Part shown: piece by piece, positions 9,376-19,434 of the stretch
Layout of the letters: each line of letters begins with the position of its first letter
Position numbering within the stretch: the first letter of the stretch is position 1
NCBI GenBank assembly: GCA_009780115.1
Contig: WRAQ01000011.1
Coordinates: forward strand, 3,586 to 67,585
Direction of reading: 5' to 3'
Length of the DNA: 64,000 nt
Origin: Lachnospiraceae bacterium
GTDB lineage: Bacteria > Bacillota > Clostridia > Lachnospirales > Lachnospiraceae
Program-made: the position numbers and the translations under genes
Notes under the pieces: generated by a model
The model's database searches: none
What the model saw: the letters and a program-made list of their open reading frames with translations, nothing else
What the model was told of the DNA's origin: nothing

Positions 9376-10380
9376 ATGGATAACAGTATGAGATTATGCT
9401 CAATTTCATCAGTAAGAGATACAATTACTTATGTTCTTAAAAGATATGGGGTAAATCATGAAGACTCTGTGTTAACAGCCGAGATAATGATTGATGGTAC
9501 GTTAAGGGGGCACAAAAATCATGGAATAGAGCGGATATTTCAAATAATTGACGGAATTGAATGCGGAAGTCTTAATGTAACTCCTAAAATAGATATTGTC
9601 AGTTCGGGACCTGCATTTGCAAATCTTAATGCTAATTATTATATTGGCCAACCGGTAGGCCATCAAGCAATGAATATTGCTGTAAATCTCGCAAAAGAAA
9701 CAGGGATTTCTTATGTGGGGGTTATAAATGCCGGGCATCTTGGATCAATGTCATATTATTCAGAAATTGCATCTAAAAAAGGGATGCTAGGTATTGCAAT
9801 GTGCACAACTTCTCCGGCAGTTTCGTTACCTGGAGGCTCAAAGGCATTACTAGGTACGAATCCAATATCATATTCTTTTCCGCTGAGAGAAGAGTTATAT
9901 ACAGCAGATTTTTCAACATCTTCTGTTTCAAGGGCGTTTCTTTTTGAAGCAGATAAAAAGGGAGAAAAAATTCCGGTGGGGCTGGCTGTTGATTCAAACG
10001 GAAATATGACCGAAGATCCCAAAGAAGCTCTTGCTGGAGGATTATTACCATATGGCGGCGGTATAAGAGGTGCTTTAATCAGTATATTAGTATCTATTAT
10101 GGCTGGCCCTCTAATCGGAGGCGTAATTAATAGCGATGTTCTTGGCACCAGATATATGGATAAAAGTCCCAATAAAGGTGATGCTTTTATCTGTATTGAT
10201 ATTGAAAAATTTACTGATATTGATGTTTTTAAATTAGAGTCAGCATCTTTCGTTGATGATTTATTAAATAATTCATCAAGGTTAAGAAAATCTAATAAAG
10301 GTATTCAAAAAGATACCGACTGGGCGCTTACGAAAGTTGAGATATCTGAGGAATTTCATAAACTTTCTATATCTTTATGA
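9376..10380 (+). CDS. Ldh_2 family (malate / L-lactate / sulfolactate dehydrogenase type 2) oxidoreductase
   Basis: HKNHGIERI, GHLGSMSYY and LGTNPISYSFP are typical Ldh_2 blocks. The start lies 1 nt after the upstream stop. Confidence 0.8.
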   Translation: MDNSMRLCSISSVRDTITYVLKRYGVNHEDSVLTAEIMIDGTLRGHKNHGIERIFQIIDGIECGSLNVTPKIDIVSSGPAFANLNANYYIGQPVGHQAMNIAVNLAKETGISYVGVINAGHLGSMSYYSEIASKKGMLGIAMCTTSPAVSLPGGSKALLGTNPISYSFPLREELYTADFSTSSVSRAFLFEADKKGEKIPVGLAVDSNGNMTEDPKEALAGGLLPYGGGIRGALISILVSIMAGPLIGGVINSDVLGTRYMDKSPNKGDAFICIDIEKFTDIDVFKLESASFVDDLLNNSSRLRKSNKGIQKDTDWALTKVEISEEFHKLSISL

Positions 10381-10433
10381 TTTCCACTAAAGGAAGCATT
10401 TGATTTTAGCTATCTATATTTCGGAGGATAAAA

Positions 10434-11699
10434 TTGTTATCATTGGACATATCTGGTAAATCAAAAAAAATAATGAAAATTAATCCAATCTTGTTTTTTT
10501 GGATGCTTTTATTTTTTCCATTTGTACAACCTGTTTATTTTTCTCGAATACCATCAGTTAATAGTTTGTTTAATTATTGGTTAGTATTTTCTTTTTTTGT
10601 AATATTAATAATGCGTATTAAGTTTAAGAAAATGTCATTACCGGCAATGCTTACCATTTTTTTTGTGCTTACCATTGTTTTGAGTACTGTTATTGCTCAT
10701 CCTAGCGAAATTAATAGAGCTTTTTCTTATGCTCTTACAAATATCGGTTTATATTTATTCATAGATTATATGCTGAAAAAAGATACTCGCTTAGCAATTA
10801 ATGTTTTAATGACCACTTTTGAATTGCTCATCTATGCAAACCTGCTAACTGTTATTTTTTTTCCATCCGGCTTATATATAACAATACAAGAAACAGGTTG
10901 GAGTTCTAACATGTCTTGGTTACTCGGTTTACGAAACAGCATACCTTCTTGGATTATTACGGGTATTTGTATTTGCATGATTTATTATTTTTATACTAAT
11001 AATAAACTAAGGTCAATTTTATTTATAAGCGGGGTATTTTTAACATTAGCATTAATTAATATAAATTTCTCATTATACTCAACATCTAAATCAACCCCTG
11101 CTGGAATTATAGTAAGTTTTGTAGTTATACTTATATATTTCTTAATACCTTCAAAAATAAAAACCTCAGGCTTTATTTCTCTGGGAAAAGCAATGTTAAT
11201 GAATTTGATTATTTTTATTGGGTTAGTTTTTTTTCGTTTACAATCTCTTTTTAGTAATTTAATTGCTCAACAATTACTAAAAAATGAAACGTTAACAGGG
11301 CGTGATGCTATGTGGGAAAGAGCTTTGCATGCAATTTCGCAGCATCCGATTTTAGGGTATGGAATTGAACCGCAATTAATGATGGCTCAAAGACTTGGAA
11401 ATATTGCCGCTGTAACAACAACTCATAATACATTCCTAGATATTATTTATCGCGGAGGATTATTATCAACAATTATTTTTTTTATCCTAATTATAGTTAT
11501 TTGTAAAAAAGCTAACACACATAAAAAAGATAAAATTGCTTTCATGATTTCTTATATGATAGCCATATATTTTTTTACTGGGCAAACAGAAGGCTTTTCA
11601 GGTTCAAGAATGTTCATTCTTCTTGCTATAGCAGCTAATATTCCGCTACTTGTTAATTGCATTAGTGAAGCGCGTAAAAATGAGGGAATAGAAACATGA
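10434..11699 (+). CDS. O-antigen polymerase/ligase-like (Wzy-type) polytopic membrane protein
   Basis: About 10-12 hydrophobic helices with a large loop near TGRDAMWERALHAISQHPILGYG. GGAGG lies 6 nt before TTG 10434; an alternative ATG is at 10473. Confidence 0.6.
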   Translation: MLSLDISGKSKKIMKINPILFFWMLLFFPFVQPVYFSRIPSVNSLFNYWLVFSFFVILIMRIKFKKMSLPAMLTIFFVLTIVLSTVIAHPSEINRAFSYALTNIGLYLFIDYMLKKDTRLAINVLMTTFELLIYANLLTVIFFPSGLYITIQETGWSSNMSWLLGLRNSIPSWIITGICICMIYYFYTNNKLRSILFISGVFLTLALININFSLYSTSKSTPAGIIVSFVVILIYFLIPSKIKTSGFISLGKAMLMNLIIFIGLVFFRLQSLFSNLIAQQLLKNETLTGRDAMWERALHAISQHPILGYGIEPQLMMAQRLGNIAAVTTTHNTFLDIIYRGGLLSTIIFFILIIVICKKANTHKKDKIAFMISYMIAIYFFTGQTEGFSGSRMFILLAIAANIPLLVNCISEARKNEGIET

Positions 11700-13639
11700 T
11701 AGTAAGAAAAACTAAGATTGCATCCAAAATAGGTCAATATAAATATATTTCCTTTGATATTTTTGATACTTTAATTAAGCGTAACGTGTCAAAGCCATCG
11801 GATATATTTTTACTTGTTGAAGAAAGATATAATTGTGAGAATCCCGAGGATAAAATAAAAGGATTTCTATATACGCGTAGACAAACGGCGAAAGAAATCC
11901 GCGATATGAACCCTAACAAAGAAATAACCATAAATGAGATTTATGATAAAATACCACTCGAAAAGTCACAGAAAGCTGAATTGAAACGATTAGAAATTGA
12001 TATTGAACTAAAGGCCTGTCAAAGAAATCCGGAGATATATGATTTATATCAAATGTGTTTAAGTCGCAATCAAAAGGTTATATTAACTTCAGATATGTAT
12101 CTAACTCAAGACATAATTGAAATGATATTAGCTAAAAATGGAATTACTAATTATCATAAGCTTTATCTCTCTTCAGAAATCAGTCTTAAAAAGTCAACAG
12201 GAGATCTATTTGATTTTTTATTAAAAGATCTTGAAATATCTCCCAAGAACTTATTACATATTGGCGATAATAAACGTGCTGATCTTATGAAACCTTTTTT
12301 GAGAGGTATAAGAGTATCTTATATACCCAGGCGAAATATAAAAACATTATATATAACAGAAAAAGAAATATATGATTCTACATTAGAAAAAGGATTAGTT
12401 TATTCATTTATTAATAATCAATTAAACTTTTATATTAAAAAAGACAGGGCATTCCGACTTGGCTACGAAGTACTAGGACCTCTAGTTTTTGGGTTTTGCG
12501 AGTTTATTCATAATTATGCAAAAAAAGAAGATATTAATACATTGTTTTTTATGGCGCGAGATGCCTACATAATAAAAAAAGCCTATGAATATATGTTTCC
12601 GGAGAGTTCTATTCGTTATGAATATACCTATATTACAAGAGCAAGCTTACGGATATATTATTTACTTAACAGAAATGGAATAGATGATTTGCACCATACA
12701 ATGTCACCTCACCGAAAATATTCAATTGAAGAACTAATTATGGCAATAAAATTAAATCCAAAAGATTATGAAACAGTTTGTCATAAAGATGGATTGTGTT
12801 TAAATTCAAAAATAAGTGCTAAAGATATTATTAATTATCAAGAATTATATAAAGCATTACAACGTGATATGAAAGAACAGACGGAATCAGTTAATGATTT
12901 AATAATATACTTGAAGCAATGCGGGTTTTATAAGAATGTTGGAATTGTTGACATAGGTTGGTATGGAACCGCTCAGCAAATGCTAAATAGGTTTACTGAA
13001 ACAAATGAATTAAATACAAATACAATCGGCCTTTATTGCGGATTTATTAAAGGTAACAAAATAAAAAATGATATTAATGTTCATGCTTATTGGTATACTT
13101 GTGATGAAATTGAGTGGGAACTAAATTATAAAGATATTTTTTCACCTTTGGAAAATCTTTTATTACCAGCAGAAGGTACAACGCTTGGATATAAAAATAT
13201 TAAAGGTATGGTGACAGCTTTAACAGCAGAACGAGAACAATATCCGGTTAAATGGTTAAGCGGGCTTCATGAAGGTGCTTTACAATTTGTAAAGGATTAT
13301 AATAGCCTTAAATTAACAAATATTCCGATGTATTCTGACGTATCTAATAATCCTTTTAAAAACCTTGTTTCGAAACCTAAATTATGTGATGCTGTAATTA
13401 TTGGTGATTTTGAATTTGAAAATAACAGAACAATGAAGAATAGAAATATTGCAAAACCTAGGAAAAGGATTTGTTATTTTATTTTTCCTTGGTTATTTAT
13501 TAAGGATTTAAAATATTCATATTGGAAAGGCGGGTTTCTTAAAAGAGTATTTTTATTAAATTTAAATTATTTTACTATATATTCATTTATAAAAATGATT
13601 AGTAAGCGAGATAAAAGCAAACAGAAAGGAAATAAGTAA
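11696..13639 (+). CDS. Large HAD-superfamily hydrolase with a C-terminal region of about 440 aa and unknown function
   Basis: HAD motif I (ISFDIFDTLIKR) and motif IV-like (HIGDNKRADL). The C-terminal part has no motif I recognise. The start overlaps the upstream stop. Confidence 0.55.
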   Translation: MIVRKTKIASKIGQYKYISFDIFDTLIKRNVSKPSDIFLLVEERYNCENPEDKIKGFLYTRRQTAKEIRDMNPNKEITINEIYDKIPLEKSQKAELKRLEIDIELKACQRNPEIYDLYQMCLSRNQKVILTSDMYLTQDIIEMILAKNGITNYHKLYLSSEISLKKSTGDLFDFLLKDLEISPKNLLHIGDNKRADLMKPFLRGIRVSYIPRRNIKTLYITEKEIYDSTLEKGLVYSFINNQLNFYIKKDRAFRLGYEVLGPLVFGFCEFIHNYAKKEDINTLFFMARDAYIIKKAYEYMFPESSIRYEYTYITRASLRIYYLLNRNGIDDLHHTMSPHRKYSIEELIMAIKLNPKDYETVCHKDGLCLNSKISAKDIINYQELYKALQRDMKEQTESVNDLIIYLKQCGFYKNVGIVDIGWYGTAQQMLNRFTETNELNTNTIGLYCGFIKGNKIKNDINVHAYWYTCDEIEWELNYKDIFSPLENLLLPAEGTTLGYKNIKGMVTALTAEREQYPVKWLSGLHEGALQFVKDYNSLKLTNIPMYSDVSNNPFKNLVSKPKLCDAVIIGDFEFENNRTMKNRNIAKPRKRICYFIFPWLFIKDLKYSYWKGGFLKRVFLLNLNYFTIYSFIKMISKRDKSKQKGNK

Positions 13640-14659
13640 ATGCATATTATTTATACACTTGATGATAATTTTGCTATGCAGACAGGGGTTTCTTTAACCT
13701 CTTTATTAATGAATAATAAAAATGCGATTGAGATAAATGTACATATTATAAGCCATCAGTTGAGTTTAGAAAACAAGCTGAGATTGGAAAAGTGCATTAA
13801 GGATTATAAGCGCAACGTCTTTTTTTATAATCAATCAGGTATTGAGAAATATTCAAAAAAACTTTATATAACAGATAATTGGTCGCTTGCCACATATTTG
13901 CGCCTCTTTGTTGTAGAAACGCTTCCTATACATGTGGAGCGTGCTATATATATTGATAGTGATACATTAATCATGAATTCGATTGAACCCTTTTGGGAAA
14001 CAGAATTTTTAGAAAATAAAATGGTTTGCGGTGTTACAAGAGATAATTATAGAGTAGTTAATAAGAATCATTATAAGTATTTGAATTTAAATGAAGATGA
14101 TGTATACATAAATGCCGGTATTCTGTTAATGGATATAAATTCATTGAGAAAAATAAATATAACTGATAGATATATTAAATTTATGGAATCTTATGATTTC
14201 ATTTTTCCATGTGTAGATCAAGATGTGATTAATGGTACTTTAAAAGGAAAAATCCAAAGAATTGCACCGGAATATAATGTTGTTACCCCGCTTTTCATGA
14301 AGGGAGGTAAAGAAATTGCAAAAATGAATTTTGCCCATGATAAGGAGTATTATAATCAAATTTTAAGAAGCATGGATTTCCCCGTTATTCTCCACTTCAC
14401 GGGAGGCAGAAATACGCCATATAGGCCATGGTATAAAGGGAGCCTACATCCATATACCGAACAGTGGAGAGAAATAAAATCAAAAACAGTTTGGCGAGAT
14501 ACAGCATTAAAACCTTTGCCAAAAGGTTTTAGAATGTTTCTTAGATGGCTCTTTCGTAAATTACCGACCAGCATTTATATAGCCTATTTCAAACTAAAAT
14601 GTAATAAACGTTTTTTTAATCTGGATTTATATAAGATTAGGAAAAAAATTAATAAGTAA
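13640..14659 (+). CDS. GT8-family glycosyltransferase
   Basis: The N-terminus IIYTLDDNFAMQTGVSLTSLL, the DxD motif in IYIDSDTLI and INAGILLMD are typical of GT8. Confidence 0.8.
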   Translation: MHIIYTLDDNFAMQTGVSLTSLLMNNKNAIEINVHIISHQLSLENKLRLEKCIKDYKRNVFFYNQSGIEKYSKKLYITDNWSLATYLRLFVVETLPIHVERAIYIDSDTLIMNSIEPFWETEFLENKMVCGVTRDNYRVVNKNHYKYLNLNEDDVYINAGILLMDINSLRKINITDRYIKFMESYDFIFPCVDQDVINGTLKGKIQRIAPEYNVVTPLFMKGGKEIAKMNFAHDKEYYNQILRSMDFPVILHFTGGRNTPYRPWYKGSLHPYTEQWREIKSKTVWRDTALKPLPKGFRMFLRWLFRKLPTSIYIAYFKLKCNKRFFNLDLYKIRKKINK

Positions 14660-14699
14660 GCAAGTTATTAAATTCTCAAAATATATAAAGGACAAATAA

Positions 14700-16151
14700 A
14701 TGCCAAGTCTTAAAAGGAATGTTTTTTACCAAAGCATATATCAGATAATAATTACAGTGTTACCTCTTATAACTGTACCTTATATATCAAGAGTTCTTGG
14801 CGCGGAAAATATCGGTATATATTCTTATACTTTTTCCATTACAACATATTTTATATATTTTGCAATGCTAGGTATTATTACTTATGGCAATAGAACTATA
14901 GCGATTGTACGTGACAATAAAGAAAAGCTTAATCAAACTTTCACTGATTTATTTTGCTTACACTTAGGAATATCAGTCGTTGTTTTATTTGCATACATGA
15001 TATTTTGCTTTATTATAGCCGAGCAGTATAAATCCATTTTTTCTATTCAGATATTTCTTATTTTTGCAGCATTGTTAAATATTAACTGGCTTTTTACGGG
15101 ATTAGAACAGTTTAGGCTAACAGTAGCCAGAAGTGCTATTATAAAGATTATTTCTGTTATTTGTGTTTTTGTTTTTGTTAGGGGAGTAGATGATTTATGG
15201 AAATACGCATTAATAATGTCATTAGGTGAATTCTTTTCGCAAGCAATTTTATGGATTATTAGAATGAAATATGTTTCATTTGTCAAGCCTACTTGGAGTG
15301 GTGTTAGTTCACATATAAAACCTATGTGTTTATTATTTATTCCGGTTATTGCAATTAGTATTTATCGTGTAATGGATAAAATTATGCTCGGTATTATGAG
15401 TGAAAAAACTCAATTGGGTTTTTATGAAAATTCAGATAAAATTATTGTTATGATTCTTGGATTTATTTTTGCTTTTAATAATGTAATGATACCGAGAATA
15501 TCAAACATAACCGCTAAAGGTAATTTAGAAGAAAAAATGAAATTAATGCACATTTCGATGAGGTATGTAATATTGTTTGCCTTTGCATTATCCTTTGGTA
15601 TAGCATCAATTTCCAATGATTTTGCATCATTATTTTTTGGACGAGAATTCAAGGATAGTGGAGTATTGCTTGCAGGTTTATGCATCACAATTCCTTTTAT
15701 TGCATTTGGAAATGTTATTTATAAGCAACACCTAATCCCTAATTCAAAGGATAAGATAATAACTATTATATTTGTAATTGGGGCATTAGTTAACATAATA
15801 TCGAATTTAATACTGATACCACGCTTTGAAGCAATGGGTGCAGTAATTGGAACAATAATTGTCGAAATTATTGTATGTATCTTGATGGTGTTTGCTTCAA
15901 GAAAAAGTTTACCGATATTAGATTATATGAAAACTAATATCATTTTTTTCTTTGCCGGAATCGCTATGTACTTTTTGGTTCGTTTTATTGGGACCTTAAT
16001 GAAACTAAGTGTATACGCAATCCTTATTCAAATTTGTATAGGGGCAATATTTTATATTAGTATAACTTTAATATATCTATATAAAACTAAAGATGAAACC
16101 TTTATAAATAATGTATATAAAAGAATTGTTGCATTTAAAAATAAGAATTAA
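14700..16151 (+). CDS. Wzx-type oligosaccharide flippase (MOP superfamily)
   Basis: 483 aa with about 12-14 TM helices. N-terminus is ...ITVPYISRVLGAENIGIYSY. Confidence 0.8.
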   Translation: MPSLKRNVFYQSIYQIIITVLPLITVPYISRVLGAENIGIYSYTFSITTYFIYFAMLGIITYGNRTIAIVRDNKEKLNQTFTDLFCLHLGISVVVLFAYMIFCFIIAEQYKSIFSIQIFLIFAALLNINWLFTGLEQFRLTVARSAIIKIISVICVFVFVRGVDDLWKYALIMSLGEFFSQAILWIIRMKYVSFVKPTWSGVSSHIKPMCLLFIPVIAISIYRVMDKIMLGIMSEKTQLGFYENSDKIIVMILGFIFAFNNVMIPRISNITAKGNLEEKMKLMHISMRYVILFAFALSFGIASISNDFASLFFGREFKDSGVLLAGLCITIPFIAFGNVIYKQHLIPNSKDKIITIIFVIGALVNIISNLILIPRFEAMGAVIGTIIVEIIVCILMVFASRKSLPILDYMKTNIIFFFAGIAMYFLVRFIGTLMKLSVYAILIQICIGAIFYISITLIYLYKTKDETFINNVYKRIVAFKNKN

Positions 16152-16247
16152 TGGAGAATGGTTTTTAAACATAACTTATTTAAATTGCTTAGTGCAATGG
16201 CAATTAGAAATGTTAATATAAAACTTAGTCGAAGGAGGCTTTGAATA

Positions 16248-17231
16248 ATGGTAAAAACATTTGAAGAGTTGGTAGAGATAGCCGAAATGGCAAAAGTTAA
16301 AAGGCTGGATAAGAGTGACTATCTACATTTTAACAAGAAATTAAGGATAAAAACTATGATAAACCGTAGTAAAGGAAAAGGGAATGTACGCGGTATATTA
16401 TATAAGCTTCCAGTATTACCTTTGATATTTTACAAATATAGCGTACATTCTCGCTATAATAAGATTCGATCAAATAGTGATATGCTCATAAATGACTTCA
16501 ATGCTTGTAAAGAAGAATACTATCAGTGTTTTCAACTTTTTTCTGATACAAAAAGCAAAGAGACTTTCCTTAATATTTTAGCCGGAGAAATGCTCTTAGA
16601 CTCGCGATATGGGATTCAACTTGCAACACAAAGTATAGGGTATGACGTAAAATTATTAGAAAGTGAGAGAGAATCATTTATTAAAGCCGGGGAAATATTT
16701 GTAGATTGCGGAGCATTTACAGGGGATACATTAATTGAACTTATTAGTGAAAGAAAAATCCCCAAAAAGTATTTTGCTTTTGAACCGGATTATCAAAATT
16801 ATAAAAAATGCAAGAAAGTTTTTTCTGGTAGTAGTATTCAGGAAGGGAATGTTTATAACGTAGGTTGTTACAATATTAGTGGGAAATTAAAATTTTCTGG
16901 TGGTGAAGCTTCGGGTAGTAAAATATCCGAAAAAGGAAAATTTACTATTGATGTTGTAAAGATAGATGATGTAATAAAAGAACCAATTACAACTATAAAA
17001 ATGGATGTCGAAGGCAGTGAATATTATGCGTTGAACGGTTGTGCGCAATTAATTAAAGAATACAAGCCTAAGCTTGCCATAAGTGTTTATCATTTGCCAA
17101 CTGATTATCGCAAAATTCCTTTATTAATTAAGGAATTAAATCCTAATTATTCACAATTTTATATCCGTTGGCTAGGTGATACATACTCAGAATTATTTGG
17201 TTTCAACGAGGTAGTTTTGTTTGTTAAATAA
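16248..17231 (+). CDS. FkbM-family methyltransferase
   Basis: RBS GAAGGAGG. SAM motif VDCGAFTGDT and the FkbM block IKMDVEGSEYYAL. Confidence 0.75.
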   Translation: MVKTFEELVEIAEMAKVKRLDKSDYLHFNKKLRIKTMINRSKGKGNVRGILYKLPVLPLIFYKYSVHSRYNKIRSNSDMLINDFNACKEEYYQCFQLFSDTKSKETFLNILAGEMLLDSRYGIQLATQSIGYDVKLLESERESFIKAGEIFVDCGAFTGDTLIELISERKIPKKYFAFEPDYQNYKKCKKVFSGSSIQEGNVYNVGCYNISGKLKFSGGEASGSKISEKGKFTIDVVKIDDVIKEPITTIKMDVEGSEYYALNGCAQLIKEYKPKLAISVYHLPTDYRKIPLLIKELNPNYSQFYIRWLGDTYSELFGFNEVVLFVK

Positions 17232-17334
17232 TTAATATAATTTTGGGTTTTATATAAGATGGATTTTAAGCCAGTTGAAAATCATGATGATTAGAAATTA
17301 TGATGGACTATTTACTAACACAAGGAGAAACACA

Positions 17335-18390
17335 ATGACCAACATCCTAATCCCCGGCGGGGCCGGTTACATCGGGTCTCATTGCATTAGAGAACTGCAA
17401 AAAGCCGGTTATAACTGTATCGTATACGACAATTTTTCCGAAGGCCATCTCAAGGCAGTTCAAGGGTTTGAGGTTGTCGAAGGTGATTTATTGGATACCG
17501 GTAAACTAATTGAAACCATAAAGAAATACAATATTAGCGGGGTAATACACTTTGCGGCGTTTGCGCTGGTTGGGGTAAGTATGCGTGAGCCGCTTGAATA
17601 TTATCAAAATAATATAACCGGTACAATCAGCCTGCTTGAAGCAATGAAACAAACCGGGGTTAAAAATATTGTGTTTTCATCAACTTGTGCAACCTATGGT
17701 GAAAATGTTTCGGTGCCGATAACGGAAGAAACATTACAAAACCCTTGTAACCCATATGGCGAAAGTAAACTTGCCGTAGAATGGCTTTTAGAATGTGCTG
17801 ATACTGCATATGGAATTAAGTCAGTATCACTTCGTTATTTCAATGCGGCGGGAGCAGAAACCGATGGCAGTATCGGCGAAGACCATTTGCTCGAAACACA
17901 TTTAATACCGCTCGTTTTACGGGAAGCATTAAATGTTGAAAGAAAAATGTTTTCAACTATTGATTTTGAGTCCGCCGATAGCGGACATGGGTATAAAAAT
18001 GAAAAAAAACTTCACGTTTTCGGTGTCGATTACCCTACGCCGGACGGAAGCTGTATACGCGATTATATTCATGTCCTTGACCTTGCTGATGCTCACGTTA
18101 GGGCGCTCAAATACCTTGAAGAAAATGGTGAAACTACTCAATTAAACCTCGGGACAGGAATTGGAGTTTCAGTTCTGGAAATTATTAATGCGGCCCGTGA
18201 AGTCACCGGAATTGATATTAATTATAATATTGGCGACCGCCGCCCTGGTGACCCGCCTGAATTGGTGGCTTCAGCGGAAAAAGCAAAAAAAGTATTAGGC
18301 TGGGTACCGCAAAGAAGCAATATTAAAACTATCATAACAGATGCGTGGAACTGGCACAAGGCTAATCCGAAAGGGTATGATGATAGGTAA
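17335..18390 (+). CDS. galE: UDP-glucose 4-epimerase
   Basis: RBS AAGGAGA before ATG 17335. GGAGYIGSH Rossmann motif, YGESK catalytic motif and the RDYIHV block. Carries an insert of about 20 aa (FSTIDFESADSGHGYKNEKK). Confidence 0.9.
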   Translation: MTNILIPGGAGYIGSHCIRELQKAGYNCIVYDNFSEGHLKAVQGFEVVEGDLLDTGKLIETIKKYNISGVIHFAAFALVGVSMREPLEYYQNNITGTISLLEAMKQTGVKNIVFSSTCATYGENVSVPITEETLQNPCNPYGESKLAVEWLLECADTAYGIKSVSLRYFNAAGAETDGSIGEDHLLETHLIPLVLREALNVERKMFSTIDFESADSGHGYKNEKKLHVFGVDYPTPDGSCIRDYIHVLDLADAHVRALKYLEENGETTQLNLGTGIGVSVLEIINAAREVTGIDINYNIGDRRPGDPPELVASAEKAKKVLGWVPQRSNIKTIITDAWNWHKANPKGYDDR

Positions 18391-18412
18391 AATTGTGTTT
18401 ACTAATAAAATC

Positions 18413-19363
18413 TTAGTCTAGTAATCCCGGCAAGCTAAGCCATGAACCGAAGATATTGTCCCATTCCGGCGGATTGAATTTTTCCAGGCCGTTTCCGGGG
18501 TAATGTACTAATTCGCCGATATATAGTTTTCCTTTTACTTCATAAAAATCAACCCGTAAAAACGGTTTATTTTCAGCAATTAATTCAGCTAACTCAATCA
18601 TCATGGCATAATTGGCCGGTTTTTCGATTATTTCATTATCATTTGGATATGCTCTTGTAAAAGCAAACCGGTTCCAATCTTTATCAAAAAATGTAACGCA
18701 CAAACCTTCTTTGCTGTTCCTTTTTGTACAGACAAAACTGCATTTCACTTCCCCGTTAAAACACATAAACTTGTAGTCGGTTAGATCAGCGGATTCATCT
18801 TCCAAATAAATCTCGGCAATGATTCGCGGTTTTATGTTTTTGTAGACCCATTCCCGGCCTAAGAAATAATAATTATGCAATAATGCGGTATTCAATTTAT
18901 CCTTTGCTGCTTTTAAGTCGAATTGTGATTTATCTTTGCATATAACTACGCTTGCACAATCGTGCGTACATTTAAGCACAAACTGATTGGGGAGTTCGTT
19001 AAAGTTGATATCGTCAAATCTGTTCCACACGCCTAAGAGGGGGATTAGATATTCTTCACCGATTTTTTCGCTGATATACTTGCGGGCTTCATATTTATCC
19101 GCCATGCGGGTGTATTCAGGATTACGGTCGTATAGCTTAATCCATTGGATTTTTTCATTAAATGTTTTGGGGTTGCGAATGTTTAACCGTTTATTCATAC
19201 CGATTTTATATTTAAGTTTTATTGCCCATTTATCCGGTAATATTTTGAAGTTAAAGTATTTACATGAAAAATGGTCTAACTTTAATAATATTAAAGACGA
19301 ATGCTTTAGTAGATTATGAAATTTTTGTTTTACCCTGGTTTTATTCATGTTTTTCCTTAGCAA
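18413..19363 (-). CDS. TupA-like ATP-grasp protein (polysaccharide side-chain amidoligase family)
   Basis: DYKFMCFNGEV..., VDFYEVKGKLYIGEL and NPPEWD blocks, as seen in TupA-like ATP-grasp proteins of teichuronopeptide/EPS loci. Confidence 0.6.
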   Translation of the reverse strand: MLRKNMNKTRVKQKFHNLLKHSSLILLKLDHFSCKYFNFKILPDKWAIKLKYKIGMNKRLNIRNPKTFNEKIQWIKLYDRNPEYTRMADKYEARKYISEKIGEEYLIPLLGVWNRFDDINFNELPNQFVLKCTHDCASVVICKDKSQFDLKAAKDKLNTALLHNYYFLGREWVYKNIKPRIIAEIYLEDESADLTDYKFMCFNGEVKCSFVCTKRNSKEGLCVTFFDKDWNRFAFTRAYPNDNEIIEKPANYAMMIELAELIAENKPFLRVDFYEVKGKLYIGELVHYPGNGLEKFNPPEWDNIFGSWLSLPGLLD

Positions 19364-19434
19364 AAGATTCGTTCATCTTCGGTTAACAAACTCCTTCCTA
19401 TTATAAAATATCTCACTAGTTATCGTCAAGATTT

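Noticed and set aside
17275-17334. 20-codon N-terminal extension of galE (MKIMMIRNYDGLFTNTRRNT...).
   Set aside because: The conserved GalE N-terminus (MTNILIPGGAGYIGSH) begins at ATG 17335, which is preceded by AAGGAGA. The extension has no RBS.
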